A DNA stretch of 58,483 bases, filler included, from Squatina squatina (Eukaryota): the NCBI GenBank assembly GCA_031763465.1. It is 3 parts of 3 records of this genome, joined end to end, with 100 filler letters (N's around TTAATTAATTAA, not from the genome) between each part and the next. Parts side by side here need not be neighbours in the genome. Positions count along the whole stretch, not along the records: positions 1 to 31,321 come from JARFOE010000004.1; positions 31,422 to 44,562 come from JARFOE010000100.1; 1 more part is not named here. One strand, written 5' to 3'. The notes under the pieces are model-generated. The model made no database searches and was not told the origin of the DNA. It worked only from the letters and a program-made list of their open reading frames with translations. Shown in pieces: positions 23,173 through 35,955 of this stretch (the stretch's first letter is position 1; every line of letters starts with the position of its first letter). The translations under genes were made by a program, and so were the position numbers.

Positions 23173-26100
23173 NNNNNNNNNNNNNNNNNNNNNNNNNNNN
23201 NNNNNNNNNNNNNNNNNNNNNNNNNNNNNNNNNNNNNNNNNNNNNNNNNNNNNNNNNNNNNNNNNNNNNNNNTACATTGAGAGGCTTTAGAGAATTAAAA
23301 CCTTCTTTTCTACTTATTTGCTTAAAGGTGCTCCTCACAGGGGTGTGTCTGCGTGCAGAGAGGGGCAGGTGTTTGTAATCTTTTGGAGGTATGTAAGCTG
23401 ATAATCACCTGAAATAAATGTCATATTAAGTGTCTTCTAAACATGGTATTATGTCTGTTAGAAGTAAATAAAATTTTACAGACTCACTCACAGCATGTCT
23501 GTCTCTGAGGAATGCCTGCATGACTTCCCCAAAATAACAATTTGCTTTTTATTGACAACTTTTAGGTGCTTCACTCCTACACAGTTAACACACATCTGTC
23601 ATCGTTTTCTTAATCCTGCACTGCTAAATCGCCTGAGATTTTTTTTTTGCGAGCAGCCAGATGCCCTTGAGTTAATATGCCAGAAGCCGATGAATAATTT
23701 GTTCTGTTGAGGAGATACATGTAAACTTTGACTACTCACAGGCCCATCTTCACAACTTGAAGTATAAAGGAAAGCATGGCATCCAAGAGACAACAGCAGG
23801 TGAATGTTTTGGGTCTGACCCTTCATAAGCACCGCAGTGATCAGCTAGGAAAATCCCCTTTATATGATTGACAAGTGTGCAGCATTGTCAATGGTAATCT
23901 GTGTATTATGGGGCCAACGGTTTCCTTTTCAGNNNNNNNNNNNNNNNNNNNNNNNNNNNNNNNNNNNNNNNNNNNNNNNNNNNNNNNNNNNNNNNNNNNN
24001 NNNNNNNNNNNNNNNNNNNNNNNNNNNNNNNNCACCCCAGAGATTTGAGTACATAATCTAGGCGGCCAGAGGTGCTGATTTCGAATGAGATACTGAGTGA
24101 GGCTCCTACTGCACTCTCAGGTCAATGTAAAATATCCCCCGGCACTATTTTGTCCAATATTTATCCCTCATCCAACACCAATAAAACACAGATTATCTGG
24201 TATCTCAGTACTGTTTGCAGAATATTGCTGCTGAATCTGCCTACATGACAGCATTTAAAAATTACTTTGGTTGTGAAAAGCTTTGGGGAGTCCTGAGGAT
24301 GTGGAAGGCACTATATAAAAGCTAGTCTGTTCATATAGCAAATTGTGTGGTCACAGGGATTCCCAGCAGCTTTGCAGTGGGAAAAATGGCTATTGACATG
24401 AAAACAAGAAAACGTTGGAAGTACACAGTAGGTCAAGTCAGCATCTGTAGGAGAGTGATGGGTTAACATTTCAACAAGGCCTTTTCATCAGAACTCACAT
24501 CCTGATAAAGGATTGATGTGAACATATTTTTCTCTTTCAATTGCTAACTGAACAGCTGTGAATTCCCAGGATTCTAGGTTTTTAATTCAGATTTCTAAAG
24601 TCAGTGAGACATACCCTCACTGTTGCTGTCTGAAAACAGACATCCACCAATATGAAAGGTCCTTTTATTTCCTAGGCCTTTTAAATGGACCAGGTTAGTT
24701 TATCTTAATTCCTTTAAATTTCCCTTTCTTGCTACCTCTCTCGCATTCTCTGAACGTTTTTCCTGATGATCTGGAATTTTCAATACTAGTTTTCAGAGTA
24801 CTTTCCCTCTGAATCTTTCTTCCATTGAAGCTCAAAAATGTTTAGTTCAGTATGGTTTAATCTCTTTGATTTCCTTACACAGTGCGGACTACTTACTGCA
24901 ATATACACTTGAACATCAATTTGCATTTTTGGAAAATGATCCTGTTTTGGCATGATTTTCTATGCACTCACAAATCGCTTTTATTTTAAGTGTACCTCAT
25001 CTTTTCATCTCCCTCTTCTAAGATGTTTTGTTTAAAGTGCACCTGGACACACACATTATTCAGAACTCACAGCTGAAAAGTACTGGCTTTAACATTTTGT
25101 GCAAAAAAATTTTCTCTTATTTTTAAGTAGGAGAAACAATATGACCTTTGTACAGTATTGTGAAGTGAAGGAAATGTCATTCATCACCTTAAATAGGTTA
25201 TCAGTAATGACCCTCATTAATCAATACAAGGAGCAATGATAATCCCATTATGTCAGGATATGTGGCAGAGGCAGTGTATATATTATTGCACTCCAAGATT
25301 ATGACAGTCAGTTTTACAAAAAAAAGGTGCAGAGCATCCACAATAGACGGGGATGTTACAAACCCTACATCTGTGTATCAAAAAAAAACTTCCAGCGAAA
25401 TATATGAACAATTTTGGAACACGCTACAAACAAATAACTTACTGTTTATCTTATTTATAGATTTTTAGAGCAAGTACCTGTGAATTTGAGTTACGCTTTC
25501 TAGGATCAAATTAGGATTATCTTTATGCTGTCGATTATAATTCTGTTATCTTGCAGAAGGTTAAAGTTCAAAGCATCCATACTTATTTTGGTAGACAGTG
25601 GCAGACTTTGTACTTTTTCTGCCCCACAGCCACAAGGCATAGTTAGCATGGGGACACTATTTCGACTGAATGCTGACTGATCTGAAGCAAAGTGGGACAA
25701 GCACCCTTTAGCAAAGGATGTAAGGATACTTTAATAAGAACAACGACCCTAAAAGATAAACTGAATGTAACCATTTTCCAGAGATGATTAACCTCATTTG
25801 CATTATTGAGTTTATTGACCTGTCCAGCTNNNNNNNNNNNNNNNNNNNNNNNNNNNNNNNNNNNNNNNNNNNNNNNNNNNNNNNNNNNNNNNNNNNNNNN
25901 NNNNNNNNNNNNNNNNNNNNNNNNNNNNNNNNNNNNNNNNNNNNNNNNNNNNNNNNNNNNNNNNNNNNNNNNNNNNNNNNNNNNNNNNNNNNNNNNNNNN
26001 NNNNNNNNNNNNNNNNNNNNNNNNNNNNNNNNNNNNNNNNNNNNNNNNNNNNNNNNNNNNNNNNNNNNNNNNNNNNNNNNNNNNNNNNNNNNNNNNNNNN

Positions 26101-26995
26101 NNNNNNNNNNNNNNNNNNNNNNNNNNNNNNNNNNNNNNNCACTTGGCTCATCATTCACTCACCCCACAGACTCTCATTCTGTGCACTTTACTGTGATACA
26201 GCAATAATGGAGTCTTTTGTGTCATTGACGTGCACTCACCCATTCAGGCAAGTCAACAGAAAATCTTTTTTTTATCAGGAGTTAGCTTCAATTAGCCAAG
26301 TTACAGTCCTGGAATGAATGTCCTTTCTGACCTTCAGCCTGAGTTGTTTTTTTTTCAAAAAAAGATTTAACAAGATTTGACAGTTAAGAGGCCTGACGGT
26401 TGTCTTTAGTTTCTGATGGATGGGAGTATCCTAGGGATAAGACGAGAAAAAAACTGGATGGAATTTCCACCGCATGAAAGCTCTACAGACCAGTAGCTAT
26501 GCAGGTTTCTTTTATATTGTCACTGAGGTTTGAAAGGGTTCACAATGCCCCTGTCTGTCGATCTGTGCATGTATGGGTGTGAATGTAATTGAAACCAACA
26601 GCCCATTATACAGTATATCTCCTATATGAATAAAATGTAGTGAACTATTGGACTATCAGGGGTGGGGAAACTGTTCCATATTGAATTTCATCCTGTCCTG
26701 GTGTTTAAAGCAAAAACAAATTTTAAAAGTTTACCGTTGAGTTACATTTGTTATCTGTGATGTAAGTTTAACCATGTTATCGACTAGATCCTATTTTTAA
26801 AACCATTTGGAAGAATTACACTAACATGCTATTTTCTAAAAATAATGTGCAAAAACATAAACGTTGCCAGTGCAGTGAAAATCCAACCAGGATGANNNNN
26901 NNNNNNNNNNNNNNNNNNNNNNNNNNNNNNNNNNNNNNNNNNNNNNNNNNNNNNNNNNNNNNNNNNNNNNNNNNNNNNNNNNNNNNNNNNNNNNN

Positions 26996-27152
26996 CTTAA
27001 TATCTGTTACATCTCTAACTTTTTCCAGTTCTGATGAAGGGTCACGGACCTGAAACGTTAACTCTGTTTCTCTCTTCACAGATGCTGAGTATTTCCAGAA
27101 TTTTCTGTTTCTTTTTCAGATTTAGAGCGTCCACAGTATTTTGCTTTTATAT
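26996..27152 (+). mobile_element. Penelope-like terminal repeat fragment
   Basis: Near-identical in reverse orientation to 45725-45860, which is the terminus of the GIY-YIG-coding Penelope copy. Confidence 0.75.
27027..27063 (+). ncRNA. Minimal (Penelope-type) hammerhead ribozyme motif
   Basis: AGUU-CUGAUGA-AGGGUC ACG GACCU-GAAA-CGUU-AACU: both core boxes, stem II, a palindromic ACGU stem III and a short stem I. Confidence 0.6.
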
Positions 27153-27468
27153 TGATGTTACTATTATTTGGTTCAGTTTCCTGCCCCTTTTAGTGCCAAT
27201 GAAACATCTCCCTTAGAGATCTCGACCTGTACTTGAGCAGCCTATAGTTAATCCCACTTCTGCATGCTTGTGTGACTGTTATTTCTGAGCTGATGAAAGT
27301 AGCATCAACAAGGCTGACCTTTGACATAATAAGCATTCAGAACATTATAAATGCAGACAAGGATAACAAAAGCAACATGATAGTACACTATGTCTCTCTG
27401 TTAAAGATTCCTCAAACCAAAAACTGGGCCCGTGCTTTGTAACATTTTGCAACTGAGAGAAACAGTCA

Positions 27469-27529
27469 AGAGTACTCAACAGATTAAGTATTGTTCTGCA
27501 ATTACAATACTTAATCTGTTGAGTACTCT
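27469..27529. repeat. Perfect inverted repeat / hairpin (26-bp stem, 9-nt loop)
   Basis: agagtactcaacagattaagtattgt - tctgcaatt - acaatacttaatctgttgagtactct; extends about 8 bp further with one bulge. Confidence 0.95.
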
Positions 27530-28444
27530 GACTGTTTTGATACTTTCTACTCAATGTAGAATATACCAAAGTCAGCTGATTCAGCTGTTTGACTTGATAG
27601 AATGCCAAGTACCAAATCCATTTGCTAACAAGATAACGAAGTGACAGAGGAATGAAAGCCTCATTTGTGATTCTGAGGTCACCCTCGGACATTTGGCTAC
27701 AGGCCACTGCTGTTTATCCTGTGCAGACACAGCGATCGCAACACCNNNNNGGGTTGGGCATGTATGCATTTGTATCAGCCCATAATATCAGCCCTGTTTC
27801 TTGCCATTTCGAGATATGAGCTCATTATGAGTAATGGGCTGTCTCATTTGCAATGTAATGTGCATTTCATGAAATGCCATGCATTAATCAATGACAAAGG
27901 ATCAGACAGGGAGCCGACAGCCCTTACAAGAAGGTCTGAAGAGGGATACTCATTTCATAATCCCTGATAATTATAATATTTTAAAGCTTCAGTGGTTCAT
28001 TACAGCAGATCTGGGATTTCAGTACCCTTACATAGTGCTTGCGCCCTCCCAAAATTCTCAATTTTTATTTCACGATATACTAAGCTGAACACTTCACTTA
28101 TTATCAAAGTTGAATGCAAAGCAACTTCTTTCTCTTAGATTTAGGTGTAGCCAGTAGTCCTGATTTTATATTTTTGCAAGGCTATTAAAATGTATTTGTT
28201 CCACTTAACTCTGTTATTTTACAAATGAAGGCCTAGGGATTCGGCTGGTGAAAACTGGACACAGGGAACAATCCCAAACGGATTGGCCCAAGGTACACCT
28301 AACATTGGATCTTGGGCTCCATTATCATCAAACTGGAGAATGCGGACACGTAATGGGCATCTCCAGGCAGCTCGGCGGAGAAGAGTCCGAGAAGATCAGG
28401 CCACTGTTTTGTCGGCAGTAGTCCTCAGAAAAGGGACTGGGAGA

Positions 28445-28691
28445 GGGGGACGACAACTACTTGTATTTATATAGCGCCTTTAATGTTGTAAAACGTCCCA
28501 AGGAGCTTCACAGGAGGGTTATAAGAAAAACATTTCTCACCACATAAGGAGAAATTAGTGCAGATGATCAAAAGCTTGGTCAAAGAGGTAGGTTCTAAGG
28601 AGCATCTTAAAGGAGGAAAAAGAGGTAGAGAGGCAGAGAGGTTTAGGGAGGGAAATCCACAGCTTAGGGCCTAGGCAACAGAAGGCACGGC
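28445..28691 (-). mobile_element. L2/CR1-group LINE 3' tail
   Basis: Reverse complement of the element tails at 30660-31100 and 41335-41465. Confidence 0.75.
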
Positions 28692-28791
28692 NNNNNNNNN
28701 NNNNNNNNNNNNNNNNNNNNNNNNNNNNNNNNNNNNNNNNNNNNNNNNNNNNNNNNNNNNNNNNNNNNNNNNNNNNNNNNNNNNNNNNNNN

Positions 28792-28953
28792 ACCGTGCGG
28801 ACGCTGCTCCGGTCGCTCCCGACTCTCTCTCCGCTTCCGGGCTTCTGTAAAAACAAAGCCCCGCGCTCAGTTTTATGCTTATCCCGCGGACGCTGCTCCG
28901 GTTGCTCCCGACTCTCTCTCCGCTTCCGGGCCTCTGTAAAAACAAAGCCCCGC
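28792..28953. repeat. CpG-rich tandem repeat, 89-bp period, about 1.8 copies visible
   Basis: gcggacgctgctccggt.gctcccgactctctctccgcttccggg...aaacaaagccccgcg at 28797 and 28886; runs into a gap. Confidence 0.85.
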
Positions 28954-30659
28954 GTTTGAAGGGCTGTGTCTGAAAATTTGGAGGCCCTTGCCGTCCTTGT
29001 CTCCACAGCTGCCATTACTAAATTAGGAACAGGCAAGTTCAAACTGGAACAACTCCAATGGAGATGCCAAGAAGCTGGTGTATCACTGACCTAAGTAGTG
29101 GCTGTGTGTGCAAAAGGATCCCCTTTAACGGCTGAGGTGGCCTGACAGTTGATTATTGGCCATTAAATAGTTTGTGCAATTGGCCTGCTGAAAGGAGTCA
29201 AGTTCAACTCGCGCCCATGAGGGACCGATTCGTGCTGAGATTTGCACGAGTTTTCAAGATGCCAGGAATTTTGTTTCAAAGAGCCCAAAAGCCTGATTTA
29301 AAGAGGTAGCGCTAAATGGGCACTAAAATGACAGTTTTTGTCCCCTTGCGCTACAAACTAAGCGCAGACCAATTGGGCACCCAAAATACTCAAGTGAGAT
29401 TTGGTTATCTTATGCACTATACCTGGCCTTGATAAAATATAATATATATGGACAAAACACATGGCAACAACTTATAATACAAGAGGACTGCCAATCAACA
29501 GAGACAGCATGTTAAGCAACAGATGCACGCCATGGGGATCCCTTTGACTGCATCATTGGAGCAAATCCTCTTGACTCTTTAATGCAGCAGATGGATTCCA
29601 CCTATGGCTCTATGAAAGAGCTATTAAAATACGATATTTTAGAAGGAATACATTTCTTACATAAATAAGTAAGTATGTGGAACACATCTATCTGTAAATC
29701 CACTGTATGCTAAGTCCTTTCCCCCTACCTTGACATTTTTTGTGAGGTGTGCCCTGTTTTTTTCATATGGGTTTAGGTTTGCATTTGCACTTGTAATGGT
29801 TGTTTTTGACCTTTTGACCCAGAATCTGATAGGGTGAGTAGAAGTGAAGGAAGTGCCAACTAGATGATAGTGGATATTCTGCATTTTAAAATGATATATA
29901 TCACCTCTCAATTATAGTAGTAGAGACTATTACAGCAAGACAATGTAGGTTTTCACTTCATTACACATGTTGATATTTCAGATTATCGATCTTTTCTTGT
30001 AGAGTTACCAGAATGAAGAAAACATCACCATAGCATCTTTCACATATTATTATATAACTTAAGATGTACAGTGTGATATTAATCTATGAGGGCCTGATGC
30101 AGATGCAATTATGTAATCCATTGCCTTATTTATCTTAATGAAGGTTTTAACCTACCTTCGTGCAATAATATCCCACACGGTGATTTCCAGGCTAATCGGA
30201 CCTAACGCCACCTTTATCTTTCTCGCCCTTTTATCTATCTAATTCACAAACTTCATTCGTCTGGGGATAGAAGGATATCGCTAAAGAAATGGCAGCCAGC
30301 GAATCAAGCAAGCTTTAGTAATAAATCTACACATTGCACTGAATATTACACTACAAATGGTTTTAATAAAATGAATTTCAGTGACACACAAGGCAGTAAC
30401 GGAAGTGAGGAACTCCTGACAATCTCTGCAGCTTTGTTCTTGTGGTTTGGGTCATCAGGACCCAGTAATCTCCATGTATTTCACTTTCATTACATCACCA
30501 GCTGTGGTATATAAGTGAGGTATATAACCACAGACAATGGACTCCAACACACAAACAGGCTCAGCCACACGCAATTAACTCACCGATGAGTCAACCCGAG
30601 TTCTCCATCGAACAGTCTGTCAGTTAAAATTTTTTATCTTTGTCCTGAAATGAAGGACA

Positions 30660-31102
30660 TCCCCGATTTTCATCGCTCCACCATTGGCTGCCGTGCCTTC
30701 AGCTGCCCAGGCCCTAAGCCCCGGAATTCCCTCCCTAAACCTCTCCGTCTCTCTACCACTCCCTCTCCTATATTCGGACGCTCCTTAAAGGCATTTGATA
30801 TTAAAGGCATCAGGGAATACGGGGCTAGTGCAGAAAAATGGCGTTGAGGTAGAAGACCAGCCATGATCTAGTTGAATGGCGGAGGAGGCTCGAGGGGCCG
30901 AATGGCCTACTCCTTATCTTATTTCTTACGTTCTTATGTTATGTCCTTAAAACCTACCTCTTTGACCAAGCTTTTAGTCACCTGTCCTAATATTTCCTTA
31001 TGTAGCTTGGTGCCAAATGTTGTTTGCTAATGCTCCCGGGAAGTGCCTTGGGGATGTTTCGCTATGCTAAAGGTGCCATATAAATGCAAGTTGTTGTTGT
31101 TG
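30660..31102 (+). mobile_element. L2-like 3' tail interrupted by a CR1 3' end (about 30790-30940)
   Basis: The host element ...ctccttaa resumes as ccttaaaacctacctc... after the CR1 terminus ggctcgaggggccgaatggcctactcc...ttcttatgtt. Confidence 0.75.
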
Positions 31103-31321
31103 CTCTCAAATGATGAATTTCCCATTCGAATAAAGTGCTTCATGCTGAGGTGCACAGCATCAATGAATTGTAACGCTTCTTCAGTCATGCACCCCTCCAA
31201 AAAAAACCATCACACTCAGTAAAAGAAGGAAACAGCATTTTGTGTATGAGTATCACATTTGTTTTCTAGCCTTCAACAGACTCAGACGATGGCATTGGCC
31301 TAAACTATGTTGACATTTTTA

Positions 31322-31421
31322 NNNNNNNNNNNNNNNNNNNNNNNNNNNNNNNNNNNNNNNNNNNNTTAATTAATTAANNNNNNNNNNNNNNNNNNNNNNN
31401 NNNNNNNNNNNNNNNNNNNNN
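31322..31421. other. Artificial scaffold-concatenation linker (N44-TTAATTAATTAA-N44)
   Basis: Palindromic six-frame stop linker at 31366-31377 inside an N run; identical copy at 44607-44618. Confidence 0.97.
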
Positions 31422-34400
31422 GGCACGGTACCCAGAACTGAACGCAGTACGCCAGATGAGGTCTGACCAAGACTCTATACAATTGAAGCACAGGTTCTTG
31501 CCCTTTGGAGTCAAGTCCCCTTGACATCAACAGATTCACTTAAAAATAAATGAGTGCCTCTGTTAAAATAGCGTACAGGGAAGTGTCATACAAATGTGAT
31601 AAGCTTCTGTCTGCGAATGTTCCCCCTCCCCATCGCTATCCATAGACTCCAAATGAAGAAAGTGCAGTGTCATTTCTACATTAACAAATAGTTTGGATTA
31701 ATACTTAATGCTCATTTGAATACTCTGATTGGTATTTAGTCCAAGTGAATGTTTAGCCCCTGCTTGGATCAGATTAGCTCAGCCTCAATCAGTGAGTGTC
31801 CCAGCTCAGGCCAAGCTGTCTCTGTCCAGGGTTGTCACCTGCTTCCTCCCCTTCTGCTGATTTTCTTATCCATTTTATTTTTTAAAGGTTTCTGCCTTCA
31901 CCCTCAGTCCCACCCTTTGGTTCTCACGCTGCCCAGCCCTGCTAAAAGCAGTAATTAGTTGCTGTGTGCTNNNNNNNNNNNNNNNNNNNNNNNNNNNNNN
32001 NNNNNNNNNNNNNNNNNNNNNNNNNNNNNNNNNNNNNNNNNNNNNNNNNNNNNNNNNNNNNNNNNNNNNNAAAAGCGCAAGAGGCAAGATGCTAAAACAA
32101 TAATTTCATTTCATCTGAAGAATTCAAAGCACACATCAAAATAGCAAAGAAAAAGCTGTTGCCTTAATGAGGTTCGAATCAAAGTATCAAAGCTATTGTT
32201 GTTGGCAAAAGGCAAAATGCTTTCTTTATTTGTGCGTGTGTAGATGGAATATTTTAACCTCCTGTTTCATCAGGGGCGGATTTAACTGTGTAATTACAAT
32301 TCGCAATTTAATTGGAATTTCGCTGAAATGATAAGCAGCGGGAGCTGAGCTTACAGGTGTTCCCACAGACACGACGGCTCAGAATTTGCTGGAGCGGGCA
32401 ATCTTGCGGCGATCTCCATGCGTTGGGTTCTTTCTCCTTGCCTTTTGGCCCCCGGTTGTTTTTTACGGCGTGGCTTTTGCCAGAAGTCCGAGCTGTTAAC
32501 GGCACGGTGATGGCTACGGGGGATCTGGGACCTCACTCAATGGTGGAGCCAACAGTCTATCTCCTTAAACCAAATAAGATTCAAGGATGGAGAAAGAAGC
32601 AGAGCCAATGGCGGAGATGGACATCGAGTCAAATTAGATACAGATAGCGAGGGAAAGTGAGTGGATTAAGAGTGAGAGGGGAAAAAAAGAGACAGAAAGG
32701 AAAAGTAAGAAAAATATTGAAAAGTTAAAAAGTGAGNNNNNNNNNNNNNNNNNNNNNNNNNNNNNNNNNNNNNNNNNNNNNNNNNNNNNNNNNNNNNNNN
32801 NNNNNNNNNNNNNNNNNNNNNNNNNNNNNNNNNNNNGCTACAAAGAATCACGCACGGACTGCAGTGGTTCAAGACGGCCCACCGACCACCGACCACCTTC
32901 TCAAGGGCAACTGAGGGGTGGATAATAAAGGCTGGCCTTGCCCACGCCCCTAGAATGAAAAAAAGAACACGGGCACGGAAGCTGCCGGAAATTCCCCGCA
33001 CACCTCAATGACTTTTGTGCCCCAACTCCCGATCCACTCCCCTCCACTGTGAGGGAAACTTCACAAATAATTGGTGAAAGTATCCCGAACGAGTCCTGAC
33101 TGAGGTGAATCGCTGTCAGGTAAAATTGAGCTGTGTTGAGAAGCGCTGTGGAATTATTTACAAGACAAGGAAAAACCAGCACCCGCCTCCAATAGACGTT
33201 TGATTTATTTTTAACCTGTTCTTGAGCTCTGGAATTTAAACTCAGGGTAGAAGTTTCGCAATGGCTGTGAGGCATCAGCCTGCAGCGCGTTCCATTATAA
33301 AATAATTACTTGTACTACACAGAAATACTGTTAAATGGCCTCCCGTGCTGATTGGCCAGGCAGCAATAAATAGGGCTCTTTAATCTTATGCAGGAGCATC
33401 TGTCAATGGCTGACGTCCTCGGGCTGTCATTATCTCTGTCTTTCTTCAGAGCCCTCTAATGTGGTCNNNNNNNNNNNNNNNNNNNNNNNNNNNNNNNNNN
33501 NNNNNNNNNNNNNNNNNNNNNNNNNNNNNNNNNNNNNNNNNNNNNNNNNNNNNNNNNNNNNNNNNNTCAGTCCCACTGCATTGAACAAACCAGTTCCCAT
33601 TCAATCTCACATAGAGAGTTCCTAATCATGACATAAAATGATTGGCAATTATCCACTTTATAATACTTTGTACACTAAATATAATTAGTCCATTACTGAA
33701 TTTTTTGTGGAGGTATCTACCTACTTCTGTGGAAAACAGATGCTAAGTGTTTTCTGTAGTTTCTGTTTCAATTTAATCACTGAACGTCTGATTAACTGGG
33801 CTGTGGTACAAAGATTTGCCAATCGCCTATTTTTATCTGTACTTTGCAGAAACCCTGACTCAAGCATGATCCTGATCCAAGCACAGCATTACTTGGCAAA
33901 CTGCTTACATTCTTATCAAGATCCAACCTTTAAGGGTGCTGTAACAGTGCAGTTAGCTCAGATCTTCTACGTCAATGAAGACAGATGAGTCTGAGGCCAG
34001 GACCAAGAACTCAGGATGAGTGTTGCAACAGCCAACCTTACATCAGAGCTGTGAAGGTTTGCAGTACCGTCCTTTCGAAAAGACGCTAAACCGAGGACAC
34101 ATTTGCCTGTTCAGATACATGCTAATGGTATTGTGGCACTTTTCAAAGCAGTTCTTCCTGACTAACATTCCTCCCTCAACCAATAGCACAAAAAGCAGAT
34201 TGGCCAGTCATTGCCACTGACGGGATCTTGCTGTGTGGCAAATGCCAGTCACTGCACTCCAAAGGTGCACTACGGAGCGCTTTTGACAAAGTAGCAAGGC
34301 TCGATGTCTGGGCGAGTACTTCTTTCTTTCTTAAAAGCACTGAGGTGGGGTTCATGTGTTGCCTGTCCATCAAACAAAAAACAGTGCTTGTGGAGACTCC

Positions 34401-34433
34401 TCTGGAGACCCAGCATAAATGGGCTGGCAGCAT

Positions 34434-34644
34434 CATAGAATCTTACAGCACAGAATGAGGTTATTCGGCCCATCGTATCCGTGCAGGATCTTAGAAAGAG
34501 TTCTCCAAATAGTCCTACTCCCCTTCTCTTTCCCCATAGCCCAGCATGTTTCTCTCTTTCAAGTATTTATCCAATTCCCTTTTGAAAGTTACTATTGAAT
34601 CTGCTCCCACCGCCCTTTCAGGCAGCGCGTTCCAGATCACAACA
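34434..34644 (-). mobile_element. CR1 LINE 3' fragment
   Basis: VVIWNALPERAVGADSIVTFKRELDKYLKERNMLGYGER. Confidence 0.9.
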
Positions 34645-35317
34645 NNNNNNNNNNNNNNNNNNNNNNNNNNNNNNNNNNNNNNNNNNNNNNNNNNNNNNNN
34701 NNNNNNNNNNNNNNNNNNNNNNNNNNNNNNNNNNNNNNNNNNNNAGCACAGGACCACTATTTTGTCAACTTTCTCCGGGACATATTCCAACACACCCATA
34801 ATGCAGTTCAATCATTGGAATTGTGTCTCATAGAGAAACGTTGGCCCTTTCGAACATCATATAAGCTTATAGTTTAGCAGAAAACTTGTGGCGGTTAATT
34901 ATTGTTGGCATGTAGTTCAATTTATTAAAAACTTCTTCAGTCAGATTTAAAGTGGATGGAAAAGACTGCATTCTGACAAGATCCAGAATGGGTTTCCCTG
35001 ACTGAAGGGAAGAGATTATTTATTCATTCCAGAATCTTTTCTCCAAAGGAGTATTTTTCTCATTCACTGATCTGAAACAAATATTTTCTCTTTGAAATCA
35101 ATACTTTTAGCAGTGGTTACAATTATAGTCAATCTTAAAGGAATCTAGGCCATAAAATAGGGAACTCCACTCCAAATAAAAGTGAATGAGATAAAAGCCA
35201 CTAAAAAGAGACCAAGAAGCACTCATGTTTTTTCATTAGTTGTGGTGAAATTTCAAATAAGATCAGTTTGGAAAGAAAATGGAAGACAAGAGTTTGGGGA
35301 TATAATCCACATGAGAT

Positions 35318-35955
35318 AGAGTCACAGAGTCATTACGGCACAGAAGGAGGGCAATCGCCCCATCGAATCCATGTTGGCTCTCTGTAGAGCAATCCAGTCA
35401 GTCCCATTCCCCACTTTATTCCCTGTAGCCCTGCGAGTTTATTTCCCTCAAGTGTCTATCCAGTTTCCTTTTGAAATAATTGATCGTCTCCGCTTCCACC
35501 ACTCTCACAGGCAGCGAGTTCCAGGTCATCACCACTCGCTGCGTAAAAAGGTTCTTCCTCACATCCCCCCTGTATCTCTTGCCCAAAACCTTAAATCTGT
35601 GTCCCCCAGTCCTTGTACCATCAGCTAATGGGAACAGCTTTTTCTATCTACCTTATCCAAACCTGTCATAATCTTGCAGACCTCTATCAAATCTCCCCTC
35701 AACCTTCTTTGCTTCTTCGCACAAAGTTTAGTGGAAGTCTGGAACTCTTCCCCCGACCCCACACCCCAAAAAAAAGATATTGAGCCAGGGGGTCAATTGA
35801 AAATTTCCCAACTCAGAGGGATAGATTTATGTTAGGTTAGGGTATTAAGGGTTACGGAACCAAGTTGGGTGGATGGAGTTAACAGACAGACCAGCCAGGA
35901 TCTAATTGAATGGCGGAACAGGCTCGAGGGGCTGAATGGCCACTTGCTGGTCCTA
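35318..35955. mobile_element. Two CR1 3' fragments in opposite orientation
   Basis: Minus-strand CR1 ORF2 end at 35318-35715, joined to a plus-strand CR1 end ending in ggctcgaggggctgaatggcc. Confidence 0.8.

Noticed and set aside
24660-25830. Several short minus-strand frames that look exon-like
   Set aside because: No consistent frame, splice phase or recognisable protein.
31366-31377. TTAATTAATTAA as a piggyBac target or biological palindrome
   Set aside because: Flanked by exactly symmetric N runs and repeated at 44607; it is a synthetic linker.
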